DNA from: Octopus bimaculoides
Lineage: Eukaryota
Direction of reading: 5' to 3'
Length of the DNA stretch: 64,000 bases
Assembly (NCBI RefSeq): GCF_001194135.2
Contig: NC_068990.1
Location: forward strand, 30,432,164-30,496,163
Below the pieces are notes generated by a model. That model was not told the origin of the DNA and did not search any database. It was given only the letters and a program-made list of their open reading frames with translations. The position numbers and the translations under genes are program-made. Numbering within the stretch: the first letter of the stretch is position 1; each line of letters starts with the position of its first letter. Positions 1 through 14,243 of this stretch are shown here, piece by piece.

Positions 1-3000
1 TTTTTTTTTTTTTTTACAGGTTAATTATGTCCAGAATGTATTTAAATTGATTGAAAAGTTTATTTCACAATATTACTTAACATGTCAACCTTGTATTTTG
101 ACCTAGCAAGCTGTTTGCTGCTTCTGTTTCAATATGTTTTAATTAACAACAATTTGGGAATTGCAATAAAATGCAAAAAGGTAACATGAGTATCTGTCAA
201 CTGCCACTAGAAGGTATGTGTTTCAAAATACTGTCTGGTTGCCAAAAAAGTCCAATTCCATAACCTGAGTACCTTATATAAAATGTGTAGGATTATAAGA
301 TTTAGATTGGGATTTGGAACACTATCAGTTATGAACATTCTTTGTGGAAAACAAAAGATTTTTTATATTCAGGAATGGCAGTAATCTATTTACACTTACA
401 AGATAACAATTATTGTGAATCTATTGAAAAAAAATCTGGTTGAGCAGAGCAGCAGATCTGAATTATGGAATTTGCATATATTTCCTCTTTTTTAAGTCAG
501 TAGAAAATATCAAAATTATACAGAGGAAATCTCATTTGCCATCTGTACTATTTTGTCATAAGACTTATCAAAAAAAAAAAAAAAAAAAAACCAGACACTT
601 TCTTGGAATTTAATGAGGACAAAATGTCTACCTAGAAAGTAATGTCTTCATTTCCGTTAATACTCAACTCCTTCTTCAATAGGATAAAGCCATTCACTTT
701 TGGACAAGGTGCAGCTTGTGTCTTACGCATCAGTCACAGCTGTAAATGAGATGCAGTTGTGAGTAACACAGAGGCAGACATTTTGATGTCAGTTTTTGAT
801 ATTTTTTGAAAGCAGTAACTGCTTTTCAGACATTGGAAGAAGTTGGACTATTAAGGATTTTGTTTAATTAGAAAAATGTGCTACCCATTTGCTGTAATAA
901 ACTAACACCTTAATGAATATCGTCCATTTCCTTTTTTGTAGAGGAAACTTTAAGGTATTTAAGAAGCAACAACTAATCTGGAGCAAGTATTTTTAATGCC
1001 ATAACCAAGAAAATTGATGTGTGTTTTACCATAAACTCATTTTTACTAGAAAGACAAGTAACAAGATCTTGGACATGACAGAAATGCCTGAAGATTTATT
1101 TCTTCATCTTCTGTGAAGTTAGCACATACAGATGTCATCTATATATGATGAGCAGGTAGATTCAAGATTATTCTGTGAGGTAATTTAACCAATCACTTGT
1201 TGAAAGCCTACTCCAATGTCTGTAAGACTAAATGGTAAAAAAGAGGTCTTATATACTGATGCAATTGTTCCAAGATGTGGATAGTAATTTGAGGATAGTC
1301 TTTGATTGCCAATGGTAGTTAATACATACATTTCACCAATTCTGCACAGAAATACCAACTGTGATAAAGTTATCAGTACAGTCATTGTCAACTAAAATTT
1401 GTATTAATTGATTGTTAATTGATTGTTAATTACAATGTTAATGAGTGCACAGAACAAATGATATTCCAATAAAGCTGAAAATAACCTAAAGTTGGTATTG
1501 GAGATTGGTTTATTGCCATTTTTTATAATGGCATCCTGTAGGTTTATTACATGAATTTCACATTTAGGAAACAAGAAATCATTTCTTCTTCCACTTGTGA
1601 CACGTCTGTTCCTGGACATTTTCAACAATCATCTTTATACTCTTCACAAAAAATAAATGAAAATAAAAAAAACAATTCTGAAAAGCAACAGATAAATTAG
1701 CTTTTTGTTCCATGTCCTTTTTCGTAACCGTAGTAAACCTTACTAGGATATCCTGATAATAAATGCTAACATCCAATAGAGCTAAGTCTAATTCTCTGAC
1801 TTGTGACATAGCAGTTTTCATGTCCAATGTTTCATTTTCAAGTAGTTTGAATCTTTATATCGTTTAAGTGAAGCTGCATGAGTAAGTGGTTTGGGCATTT
1901 GTCTTGTGATTGTAAAGTTGTGGGTTTGATACCCAGCAGTGCGTTGTGTCCTTATTCAAGTAAATCATCCAAGAAGTGATAGAGCAAGGCACTTCAGGCC
2001 ACTCAGCCGGCAAAAATGAGTTGTACATGTAATTCAAAGGGACGGCCCTGTCACATTCTGTGTCCTGCTGAATCTCCCTGAGAACAATAAAGTGGGGCCA
2101 CATGTCTGTGGAGTGCTCAGCCACTTGCTCGTCAATTTTGTGAGTAGGCTGTTCTGTTGATCAGATCAACTGGAACCCTCGTCATCTTAACCAACAGAGT
2201 GCCACTAGTTATTCAGAACTAACAGCATCCATTTTGAATCTTTCATATACGTTTCAAACAACACTACATGGGAGTTATATTCCTTAGCTATGAGTTTTAA
2301 GGCTCGAAGACATTAATTTGGAGGTTCTCTTAGCTATTGTTTTTAAGATACAAATTTATGTCATCTCTGGTTTCATATAGCTATCCTTTAGGCAGTTTAT
2401 TGTGTCCTTGTAATTATCGAAGTTTATGGGAATGTGTAAGCCATCAAGGTCAGAAATACTGGCAAGAAAATTTTCAAATGTATGAGGAAGGGCTTCCATT
2501 TGTTCGAAAGCATGCCAAAGCTGACATTGGTGACCAATGCCATTCTCAGGCAAGTCAGATCCTGTCAAATCATCTAACCTATACCGCCATGGAAGATGGA
2601 CATTAAATGATGATATGTAACAAGTGTTTGAATTCCAAAGAGGCTGCCACAGATTGTGAAGGAATTGTGTAGACTCATGTAGGGCCATAGCCCTGTTCTT
2701 GTTTAATTTGATGAATGAACTGTTATAAAGAAATCATAAGGAATCTGTATACTATTAACTTTATTCAATGAATAATGCTACAGTTTAACATTCGGCTTGA
2801 GCAAGGAAGAGCACATGGCCTTCACGTGATACAGCAATTATTGAAAAAATATAGAATGACAATTTCAATAATTAAAAACTAATTTTATCTTTGCCATTTC
2901 TTATTCCAACTTGTAATTTTATCTTTGACAGTTTTTATCATCTTTCGTTGAAAACACTTCCATCATTTAACTTTTTCACAGACTAAGTAATGGTTCCTTA

Positions 3001-6000
3001 GTCTTCTACTTAGTCTAAATAAATAAATGCACCACATTTTTTTCTTCTTCTTGATAATGAACAATTGGTCCTCTGATTCCTTCCATCCAGTAGTGCATTC
3101 TAAAGAAGGTCACACACCATATATGTAAATGGTTTTAATGCATTGAAATAGAATTACAACATACCATAAATATTCTTTGGGATTGCCACATTTCAAAAAA
3201 ATACCTCAGTCACTTTGATTGTATTTCATTAAATGAGAAAAGTGAATACTACTCTGGCTCACAGAATAGAAATATATTGGAAGTTTAATGATGAATCTAC
3301 TCTAATTATTTATTTACTTATCATCCTTGGTCTTTCTTTGTCTTTGTAAACTCTATGCATTATTCTGCTGGTGCTTCTTTCTTTCAGTACCATCTTTTTG
3401 CTATCTTAGATCTATTTTTTTTCCATCTCAGTTTTCTCACCAATTCATAATGAGTGATCCAAGTAAAATTTATTCTGGCTACTTTGTAGAAGCAGTCTGT
3501 CCACTTGACAAACATGGCTATGTAATCCACAAAGAAGACAGCTGTATGTGATGTTTTTCATTTGGTATGGAACACATAACAAACCTGCAGTATTTAACTA
3601 ATTCTTGACAAAGATGAATATATAATTCTCTCTTTGTCCTTATATGTAAAAAAAAAAACACTTAAGGGTCAGTGCTTATCTCTGTTTTGAAGTGGATAAA
3701 TCTTGTCCTGGGTAGGATAGACAACACTCTCAGATGATCTTGTGTCTTTTCTCAGCATTTTGGTCAACAATGAAGAATAAAGCGTTGTACCCCCAAAATA
3801 CCAGCTCCAGCTTTGAAATCATGTCCAAAGAGCGAATAGTCTAAAATATTATCTGCTTTGTCATCAAATTTCCATAAGACCTTAGTCTCCATACATCTAT
3901 ATCACTTCCAAAAAAAAGATGGCATTCTAAAGACCAGGTTTCCTATTTGGCATTTGAAAGCATTTTAGGCTTGATCCATTGTTAATTCCTGGTGAAGCTC
4001 AAGAAAGACTTATAATGGAGGGCCTCTAACATCTCTGGGAAGTTGCAGCAGGTTCAACACACAAATGGCCATATGGCTGATGGGCAAAGTCTCATCAAAA
4101 CACTACAGCCATTAACTCGCATGTGATCTCTATCATATCTCATCATAATCACGTCTCCCCCTCTGCATTAATATCTCTACCTAAAGATACCTGACTCTGT
4201 GTACTTGTTTCTCTTCTCCCTATTGTGTCTGACCTCCCAGATGCTACATAATCCCACACTAATTGCTATTGCCAAGAATTCTTCTTTAGTACTGCGACCC
4301 CCTGAAATTCCTTCTTTTCTTATATTTTCCCTACAGATATTGACCCACAATAGCACCGAACTGAACATCAGCTACGATGATTTAACCAATCAGAAATGTC
4401 AGAGGTGAATTCCATCAACCTCTTGCTAATAATTAAAACTAAATTGGTAATGTTTTTATGATTAATGGGAAAATAATTTATCTCCTATTTCTGGGTACTT
4501 TGTGTCCTTTTTGTAATGAGCTCATCAAAAATCACTACTCCTACCCAAGCCATCTTCTTCATACCCTAACTGATTTAACCCCTCGATCCCAAGTTATCTA
4601 GATTCTATCTTCATACTGTCTACTCTTAAATACTAACAAGCAATATTTTTATGTCTTTGGTCTTGATTTGGATTTAGTTTTTAATGTTAAGTGTCTCATT
4701 TGTCTCCTCTTGGTGGTATCTTAGTTCTATGGTGCCACATGGAAACTGGACAATTACATCTTCAAAATCCATTTTTTTCACTAAATTATTGCAATGTTTA
4801 GTGTTGCAGTAAAGATTGGAACTGGATATGTTTGATACCTTTTTTTTTTTTTGTCTTATAAAAACTGAAATTCATCATATTTTATTTTGGTAGAACTTTA
4901 TGGTTCTGAGTTCAACTGCTGTTGCTGTTGATTTAGTGACTCATATTTCTTCTAGGCAATTGGTAAAATATAATACCAATAATTCTCTAGGGGTACATAA
5001 TTTAGTCATGTTTTAGTTAGCAGCTGAGGAATGCTGCTTTTTCAGATCATATCTGGAATGCATTGTTTCAAAGCATAATATCCTGTATGAGTCCTCATAA
5101 TAAAGTTCAAAAAAAAAAAAGAAAAAAGAAAAAAAAGAAACCATGCTGGATAATGGTACAGGCTTGGCTCTTTTTAAGAAGCTTGCTTTGTAACCATCTG
5201 GTTTCATGTACATTCCTTTTTTATTCACTTGACATTGGGCATATATATGTCTGTCTGTCTCTGTGTGCCTTTGTGTTTGTTCCCCCCACTGCTTGACAAC
5301 CAGTGTTGGTTTGTTTACATCCTTGTAATTTGGCAAAAGAGACTGGTAGAATTAGGACCAGACTTAAAAACTAAGTCCTGAGGTCATTTTGTTCAGCTAA
5401 ACCCTTTGAGCCAGTGCCCCAGCATGGCCACCATCCAATGACTGGAATAAGTAAAAGATAAAATATGAAGTTTAATCTGAAAATTCAATCAAGTATAAAT
5501 TGAAAGAGTTTACTTCTTTGCCAAGAGGCAAAGCCTGAGTGAATGGATTGAAGAAGCAGTTTCTTGGCTTCCATTGTATTTTGTGGAAGTTTACTTTGGC
5601 AAAATGATAATACTAAGAACCCTCTTTCTGTCCCTCTTTACCCTTCCTCTATCTTCTGTTCTTCATCCTCTTCTGTTTGTCTTTTCCTTTCATGTTCTAG
5701 TTGCTTACCATACATGTTTTCCATCACCAAATAACCAGCACCCCCACGGGTATCCTATGGCTCAGCTGAGGCTAATCTATAAGGGCCTAATGGTATTAGC
5801 CATGATGATCTGCTTGTGAAATTTCTATAAGTATCAGGATGGCTGTTTGTGTAATGATGGTGGTGTTATGTCTAGTTCTGAACCAGAAGCCAATGTTAAG
5901 TTATTGTAGTTGCTAATATGGATGGTGTTGTCAATAATGTTATCATTATTAAAAGCAGCAAGCTGGCAGAATTGTTAGCTGGACAAAATAATTGGCAGCA

Positions 6001-7961
6001 TTTCACTCGTCTTTACATTGAGAGTTTAAAAAATGCTACCGTTGGGTGGGGGTTGATAAAATAAGTACCTGTTGAGCACACTGGATGTAATGTAATGAAG
6101 TAACTCCCCNNNNNNNNNNNNNNNNNNNNNNNNNNNNNNNNNNNNNNNNNNNNNNNNNNNNNNNNNNNNNNNNNNNNNNNAATTTCAGGCCTTGTGCCTA
6201 TAATAGAATGGGTTATTATGAGTCTTACTATTGGAAGGAGATTGTCCATGAAACTAACACTAGTTATATCATGGCATTCTGACACCATTCTCTGAATAGC
6301 TTTGTTGTCATTAACATTGTGATTAATTGATGCTTAATTACGTGTCATTTAATTGGACAAGGCATTTAATTGGGACAAAATAGCTGCTGCTGAATGTGTA
6401 AACTGAAAGATATTTAAAACAATTATTATTTTTTTTTTTGTTAGGGTTTATGGATGTAGGAGTAAGTGATTAAGAGGATCACTGGGTTTTAGGTTCACAG
6501 GGTATTGTGGACTACCCACAGTAAGTTTCTTCTGCCATGGCATTTAGTTGACCAAAGCTGGGTAACTGGGCACTGGAGAAAGTCTTCTGCTGGAATGTAC
6601 CAGCTTTGTTGTCAATTGAATAGCCTTGAAGATTACCTTTAGGTAATCCCTCCCCATATATGCTCATATATACACAGATTATCTGGGATTTGAAGTCACA
6701 GTTTCATCCTAATGAAGCTACCTTAAGTTAAGAGTTGAAGTTTCTTTGGCTGACTCAACCAGTTAGACCATAATAAAACTCATGGTTCCATTGACTGGCC
6801 AACAGGAATCCATACCACCGACCAGAAGCATTAAAGCATTACACTGAAAAACCACTCAGGCTTTTGTTTTGTCCCTGTTATGTTCTGAGTTCAAACCCTG
6901 TTGGATTTCACTTTTGTCTTTTACAGTGTTACAGTTGATAGAACAAGCATCACTTATTTATTAAAGTCTGCACAATCAGATTCCATCTGCCATAAAAATT
7001 TGTTCTGTGCTCTTGTCAAAACATTTTATCGCCTGAATTTAAATCTCACAGGAATTAACTTGGCCTTTCACCTTTCCTGGGTTGATAAAACAATACTAGT
7101 TATATACTGAGATCAATCCGGGTTAATTATACCTTTTCTCTACAAATTTGTGGTTTTATGCTTATGTCAGCAACCATTATCAAGGTAGTTGATTTTTTTC
7201 TGGATGTCATTAAATATCTTGTATGATAAATTCTTATGAAACTAGTGAGAGTCTTCATCAACAAAAACTGCTAACTAAATTTCTTAACATTTATCTATAG
7301 AAGAAAATAAGTCGTTAATGAAACTTTAAAATAATGGCACAAATTTGGCCTATTTTCATCGTTATTTTTTATTATTTAGTGTCCATATTCCATCTTGGCT
7401 TGGGTTGAATAATTTGATGGGATTGAATGGGTTTGAAGACAGCATTGTGGCCCAGTGCTTCCTTTGCCATGGATTCTATGGCTGGATGCCCTTCTTAATG
7501 CCAGCCACTTTACAGTGCACCAGGTGCTTTTTATATGGCACCAGCATCAGTAGAAGGTGTGATATAGCCTGCAAGACTTAGATGCTCTTCAACTGAGTGG
7601 GGCTGCAGTAAATAGAGAGAGAAAGAGAGAGAGAGAGGTAGCTTTATATTAGGAAATGAGGAGATAATGTATGAAAGAAGGGAACAGAACAGGTTTGTTA
7701 CTGAAGAGGAGCCACGTGGTTACTCAGAGGGCACGGGTGGTCAGGATGGAAATGGAAAGAGATAAAAATATAGGTTATGCGTTGTCAGAGTGGACCTTAA
7801 GGCAAAAGTTCAGAAGACATGAGTGGAGGGACATAATAAAGAGGTGTGGGTGTGTAGGGGTTGTTAGACAATTTATTTCTTGATATATATGTGTATTTGT
7901 GGTGAGACAGAACCTCTTGGCAATGTGAGAATATATGTGCATGCATTAGGTGTGGGACATA

Positions 7962-7994
<33 letters not shown>

Positions 7995-8511
7995 NNNNNN
8001 NNNNNNNNNNNNNNNNNNNNNNNNNNNNNNNNNNNNNNNNNNNNNNNNNNNNNNNNNNNNNNNNNNNNNNNNNNNNNNNNNNNNNNNNNNNNNNNNNNNN
8101 NNNNNNNNNNNNNNNNNNNNNNNNNNNNNNNNNNNNNNNNNNNNNNNNNNNNNNNNNNNNNNNNNNNNNNNNNNNNNNNNNNNNNNNNNNNNNNNNNNNN
8201 NNNNNNNNNNNNNNNNNNNNNNNNNNNNNNNNNNNNNNNNNNNNNNNNNNNNNNNNNNNNNNNNNNNNNNNNNNNNNNNNNNNNNNNNNNNNNNNNNNNN
8301 NNNNNNNNNNNNNNNNNNNNNNNNNNNNNNNNNNNNNNNNNNNNNNNNNNNNNNNNNNNNNNNNNNNNNNNNNNNNNNNNNNNNNNNNNNNNNNNNNNNN
8401 NNNNNNNNNNNNNNNNNNNNNNNNNNNNNNNNNNNNNNNNNNNNNNNNNNNNNNNNNNNNNNNNNNNNNNNNNNNNNNNNNNNNNNNNNNNNNNNNNNNN
8501 NNNNNNNNNNN

Positions 8512-8571
<60 letters not shown>

Positions 8572-9744
8572 TCTTTTTGGAATTTGGAGTTCTTTGTTAC
8601 AGATACTATTTTGTAGCTTTAAGTTATCACTATTCATTTATTCTGACAGTGCTACTTGTAGTAATAAATTGGTGAATTTCTAGGCAGCATTTATATTTTT
8701 AATGCTTCAGACACTGCTGGATTGAATGGTACAACCCAGGTGTTGAAACTATAATGATATCTGATTGAACAGCTGATGATGGGAATGCACATATATTATG
8801 CTTGATTGTTAATTTCTTATATCTTAAATCTCCTTATTCTGAGTTGTCTTTTATTCTTCTAAAGTGATAAGGGTCTGTGGATTCATAGTTTGTTGGGACC
8901 TCTTACTTTGGTATTGTTTGGTTTTTCTTCTTCATAAGTACCCTAATTCAGCTTGGTGTCTAGTTTTAGAAGATTCTCTGGCATCTATGACAATCTGCAG
9001 CAGGTAACATTGTCTTGGAAGTTTTACTGCCAGCAGACTCCATCACCATTATCATCTGTTTTTCTCTGCTGGCATTGGTTAGACAAGGTATTACACCATC
9101 TCTCGTTAGCCACCTTGGTCTTTTGTCTTCTCACATGACATAAGTCTTTCATCATCTGACACAACAAAGAAAATCTGTTGAGCATGTACTGGGGGTCAAT
9201 GTAATTGACTTACTCCTCCCCTTAAATTGCTGGCCTTGTGCCAAAAGTTGAAACCAGTTATTATTATTATTATTCAGTAGTCTTATGTTTGTATTCTTCC
9301 AGTGCACACTTGGGGGCATCTCTCAGGTGCCTCCTGTCTACGCAGTGTTTTTTTTGAGGGGATGGGAGGTTTTGTATGTTTCCTTTTTGTAAATACTCTT
9401 TATACATTACCTTGTGGTGCTTATTCTCTGTCTGTTATGTATATTTGTAATTATTTGGGTTTTGATTAGGCTGTTGTCTGCAGGTTTTATTAATCGCCCT
9501 CAATGCTCCTACTATTAGAAAGACAGTTTTTCTTTTCAACATATATATTTTGGTTATCTCTATTTTTAGTTCTTAATATTTGGATAATTTCTCCATTTCT
9601 TTTACAGATAAATTGTTTTTAGAAACTGATACTTTGATTTAGAGCTTCTTCCGTTCTTGGTTGCCCTAAGAAATCACTTTTATCATTATTATTTTATTTT
9701 ATTATTTTATTATTGTTATTTTATTATTTTATTATTTTATAATA

Positions 9745-10124
9745 TGCTATATTAGTTAGCAGGGATATTGTCTTGAGGTTTAATAACACCAAATCTCAAA
9801 TCTCAAGAGTCTTCCTAAAGACCCTTTCAGAATACAGGATGGCACTTTTCTGCAGAGAGACAATGCATGTAGCAATTCCAATACCCTTCAGTGTCTTATA
9901 TAGCATTTTGGATGTTATGCCAAGTGCACCAATTACCACTAGAATAACTGTCTCAGTTTTCTAAAATTTTTTCATCTTTCTAGTTCGGTCCTGATATTTC
10001 TCAATTTCTTTGGCATCCAGGTCTATGACCTGACACTGCTTGTTTTGTCCTCTATAATCATACCTGGTCTTCTTGCTTCAATAGTATGATCAGTCTTTAG
10101 AAGGAAATCCCATAAAATCCTGTG
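9745..10124 (-). mobile_element. R4/Dong-like (RLE-type) non-LTR retrotransposon 3' fragment within (TAA)n
   Basis: Degenerate ILWDFLLKTDHTIEARRPGMII.DK / CQVID..KEIEKYQD / VVIGALG...LQKSAIL.S.RVFRKTLEI*; flanked by (ATT)n at 10125-10161 and ATT-rich tract 9685-9740. Confidence 0.78.
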
Positions 10125-10164
<40 letters not shown>

Positions 10165-11100
10165 TCTATTAGAGCCTCTGCAGGAATTGGCTTGTTAGTC
10201 TATTTTCCTTTTGTTAGATGTGTTGGTCTGCATCAGTTCCGTTAGAAGTGTTGGTCAATGTGTACAAAGCAGAAAGTTCTGCTGCTTTCAACTCGTAATG
10301 CAATGGGCTGATACCTGCTGGGTGTGAGAAAAGTTTCGCAAACCTATTTTGGAAAGTCCCTACTGTAGAGATAAGGCCAGGCAGAAGCTGTTAGGTCATA
10401 TTTAAGAATATTTAATTTCATAGTTGAGATTATGGTACAACTCCTGTTAGCATTGGCCCCTTCTCCTTATGAGGATTTAAAAATAATAATAATGTTGAAA
10501 TATATAAATTGAATGAAAACTTATGACACTCAGTATTTCAGAAATGATTAAGATTTGGTGCATAACTTCTTCATGAAATGTTGTTGATTTGGCATGTACA
10601 AGTCCCTGTAGTTTTATTCTTGGTCTGGTTATTGTTTGATCACTTGTCCTAATAGAATGATTGATGTGGTGTCTTCTCATTTGTTGTCTGCCATAACACA
10701 CTGTCACAATAATGTAGTTCTGTAACAGCAGCAGACCTGCCTCAAACCCAGTTTTAAAACGACGAAACTATGATTTGTTGTTACAACAGCTAAACTATTA
10801 CTCTGGTAGGGTTTTACAAACAACTATCCTGACAAGAACTATTAATGGTAACAATGTCAACTGGTTGTAATTAATTCTTAGAATGTAGAAAAACATGAAG
10901 ATAGTTTTAAAACAAGAATCCATAGTTTATGTAATATCTGTTAACAATATGGGAATTAGCAGACCCTTTTGGATAGTGTATTAAAACAACAAGGATTTAC
11001 AATAAGATTGCTGCATGTGTTACCTTATTAAATTTATATTTTCATCTAACCCTTTCATGGCCATGTTTTACTGAAATACACAATATTCTCATTAATTTTT

Positions 11101-11405
11101 GAAATATCTCTTCGGACAAACCACATAGAGTGAGTATAATTTTGGATATTTTCCTTCTATGCTTGCATGTTGAAAGATTGTGTTGTTTCAGTGAAACAAA
11201 TGAAAGCTATTAGAATAGCTGTGAGCAACCTCAGGAAGATAGTCATTTTATTTCAGTTGGATTGGGGGAGAATTTGGCATTTATAAGGGCAGGGCAATAA
11301 CAGCATCGTCATCATCATCATCATCCCTCCATCCATTTTCCACACTGGCATGGATTGAACGGTTTGACAGGAGATGTCAGGCCAGAAAGCTGCACCAGAC
11401 CCCAA
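11101..11405 (+). repeat. Near-identical local duplicate of 12112-12416 (last 29 nt of an FMNL exon, its donor and intron start)
   Basis: About 305 bp matching at offset 1011 with one substitution that I could see (tggatt vs tgggtt). Confidence 0.92.
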
Positions 11406-12060
11406 ATTACTAGTTTCCATACTTATTTGAGTATTAAACTGATGTTTAGATCTTATCAATTATTGAAGTAGCCATCTGTGTATCATATTCTGTAAATACA
11501 TTGCAAAAGAAGCAAATTTACTGCAGAATTTATCTCTCGTGGACATGCTGTTTAAAAACAAAAAAATGTATTAGTAGCAGATGAAAACCATCCAACAGCA
11601 ATGGTTGTGATTATGCTTTGTTTAATTTATTCTTACATGTCAAGACTTGTAGAACATAATTCATTGTTCTTTGGGAATTTCATGTTTATAAATGAATGTA
11701 CCTGTATGTATGTGTGTGTGTCTCTGTATGTGCACATTTATTGGGCAAGTATTTCTTGACTGTATACCTGTTTGACTTATACCAAAATGTCTAAGACTGT
11801 TGCTGGTTTTGTAATAGAAAATCAACCATTTTGGGATTAAAACTTCATCCAAGACTTCTTTGTTTTTTGCATATGTTTCACTGGGGCTGATGTAATCAAT
11901 TGACTCCCCCACTTTAAATCGCTGGCCTTTTTTGCCAAAATCTGGGATTATTATTATTATTATTTTTCTTCTTCTCCTCTTGGCTAATCAAGTTTTTGAA
12001 AGTTTCAGTTGATTCATGGCCTTCATTTTAAAACTTTCTTATTTTTATTTTTCCAAACAG

Positions 12061-12140
12061 AAAAGGAAAATGCTCGGTGATGCAACATCTACCCAGGTTC
12101 TTAGAGATTTAGAAATATCTCTTCGGACAAACCACATAGA
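12061..12140 (+). CDS. FMNL: FMNL exon, GBD: [26 protein letters not shown](E)
   Basis: ttccaaacag| acceptor, |GTGAGT donor, 80 nt, phase 0->2. Confidence 0.93.
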
Positions 12141-13168
12141 GTGAGTATAATTTTGGATATTTTCCTTCTATGCTTGCATGTTGAAAGATTGTGTTGTTTC
12201 AGTGAAACAAATGAAAGCTATTAGAATAGCTGTGAGCAACCTCAGGAAGATAGTCATTTTATTTCAGTTGGATTGGGGGAGAATTTGGCATTTATAAGGG
12301 CAGGGCAATAACAGCATCGTCATCATCATCATCATCCCTCCATCCATTTTCCACACTGGCATGGGTTGAACGGTTTGACAGGAGATGTCAGGCCAGAAAG
12401 CTGCACCAGACCCCAATTGTCTTTTATTGACATGGTTTCTATGTCTGGATGCCCTTTTTAATTCCAATCACTTTACAGAGTGCACTGCATGCTTTTTTAT
12501 GTGGCGCCAGCATAGGGGCTTTTTATGTGGTGCCAGCAAGGGTGCATTATAAATGGTGCCAGACTCTAACGTCTGTATTAATTCTTGACACTTTTGAAGT
12601 CTATGATTATAGGGTTCAAATCTGAACTGAATTTTGAATAGCTTTTCATTCTTCTTTTGCATTAAATTATCTCTAGATCTGGTTTTGGGAAAAGGAAGAT
12701 TTTAGTGTCACACAGAATGGATATTTGGTGTAGCAGCTGGCTGGTTGATTTCTTTTTTCTTGACTATTGTCATGACAACATCTCCCCCATGATTCCTGTG
12801 TTAGACAAACACCCTCCTCCCCCAAAGAAGGATGTATTTCTCATACTTAATTTGAAGACATTGGTTGTGTTTTGTTTGCGATAACCTATCTTGACTGGAC
12901 TAACAGGACAATCGTTTGTTGCTATGTACAAGAGTAAAAAATATTCAGAAAATATTTGAACTCATAAATAGATCTTCTAGCTGACATCACATGCTTTGAT
13001 AAATGATTTATGTTAATATATAGGCATTGTTGCATGGCAAAGATGTTCATTTTCTAACTACATGGTTTCAGGTTCAGTCTCACTCGGACGAGTGTCTTCT
13101 ACTATTGACTTGTGTCGAGCAAAGCTGTGCGGGTGAATTTGGGAGACAGGAACTGAAAGAAGCCTGTT

Positions 13169-13232
<64 letters not shown>

Positions 13233-14178
13233 ACACTTCTTTGACTTTGTATGATGGTTGTAAATGGGTGTCACTGTTGTACCAGTGGTGTTGTTCATAT
13301 CTTAATCTCCATGGAAACATGTTCAGATATGCTAAAGTATTACCTTGCTTGGAAACACGCGAGTGTTGGTGACAGGAAGGGCATCCAGCTGTAGAAAATC
13401 AACCTCAACAAATTCCATCTGAGCCATACATGCTTGGAAAAGTGAACATTAAAACAATGATGGTGGTGATAATGAAATACATTTTAAGAACACTGGTTCA
13501 TGTTACTATAAAAGTTAAGGAAAAGAAAATGTGTAATATTTACTGAAAAAGACATATATGAAAATCTCTGCAGTTATCCCATTATTGACTAACGCATTTT
13601 TTCTTAATTTGGCAGTTTAGAGCAAAATCCATTTTCCTGTTGCTAGAAGGGGGTGGGGGAAAGTATTAAAAAAATACATTTTTTTTTTCTCTGTTTGGCT
13701 GATTGAATAAGCCATACCTTTCATACACCCCTGCACCCTAACTTCTCCCATTCTATGTCACAGTTTGCCAAATATAAAGTCTGAGCTTAGATAAAACAAA
13801 TACCATCTATGTTTAGCACTTACCAAAATAGCTATCAAAAGAATGGTAGCTGTTATCTCATTGATGCTTGTGTTGTTAATTATGGTTGTAATCTTGGCTG
13901 CTTCAGAGATTTTGTGTCTCCCCCCTCCTCCCTTTCCCTCCTCCTCCTCTCTCCCTTTCTTTCTTGCCGTCCCATCCCCTGATCATTATCTTTAACTGGC
14001 AAACAAGTGAAGAACTCTTGGAGAACAAACTCAACAACCATGGCTCTTTTATCCTGTAATGTTATCTCTGACACTTAAAATTGAATCTTCATCACAAAAT
14101 ATTTCATATAACCAAGAACATTGGGATTAAATACCTTTTTGTTTTCAAATTTAATTTTATTTCTTCCTCTCTTTCTCT

Positions 14179-14243
<65 letters not shown>

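Noticed and set aside
600-1830. Short minus-strand ORFs (68-82 aa) suggesting a decayed gene
   Set aside because: No recognisable motif, multiple stops, no splice structure I could support.
4337-4404. Exon-like segment (ctacag|ATATTG…CAGAG|gtgaat) as an upstream FMNL exon
   Set aside because: Ends in phase 2 whereas 12061 needs phase 0, and the peptide does not resemble the FMNL N-terminus.
7797-8683. Long ORFs across gaps (also 23062-23903, 38397-38660, 62869-63550)
   Set aside because: Open only because N and dinucleotide repeats lack stop codons.
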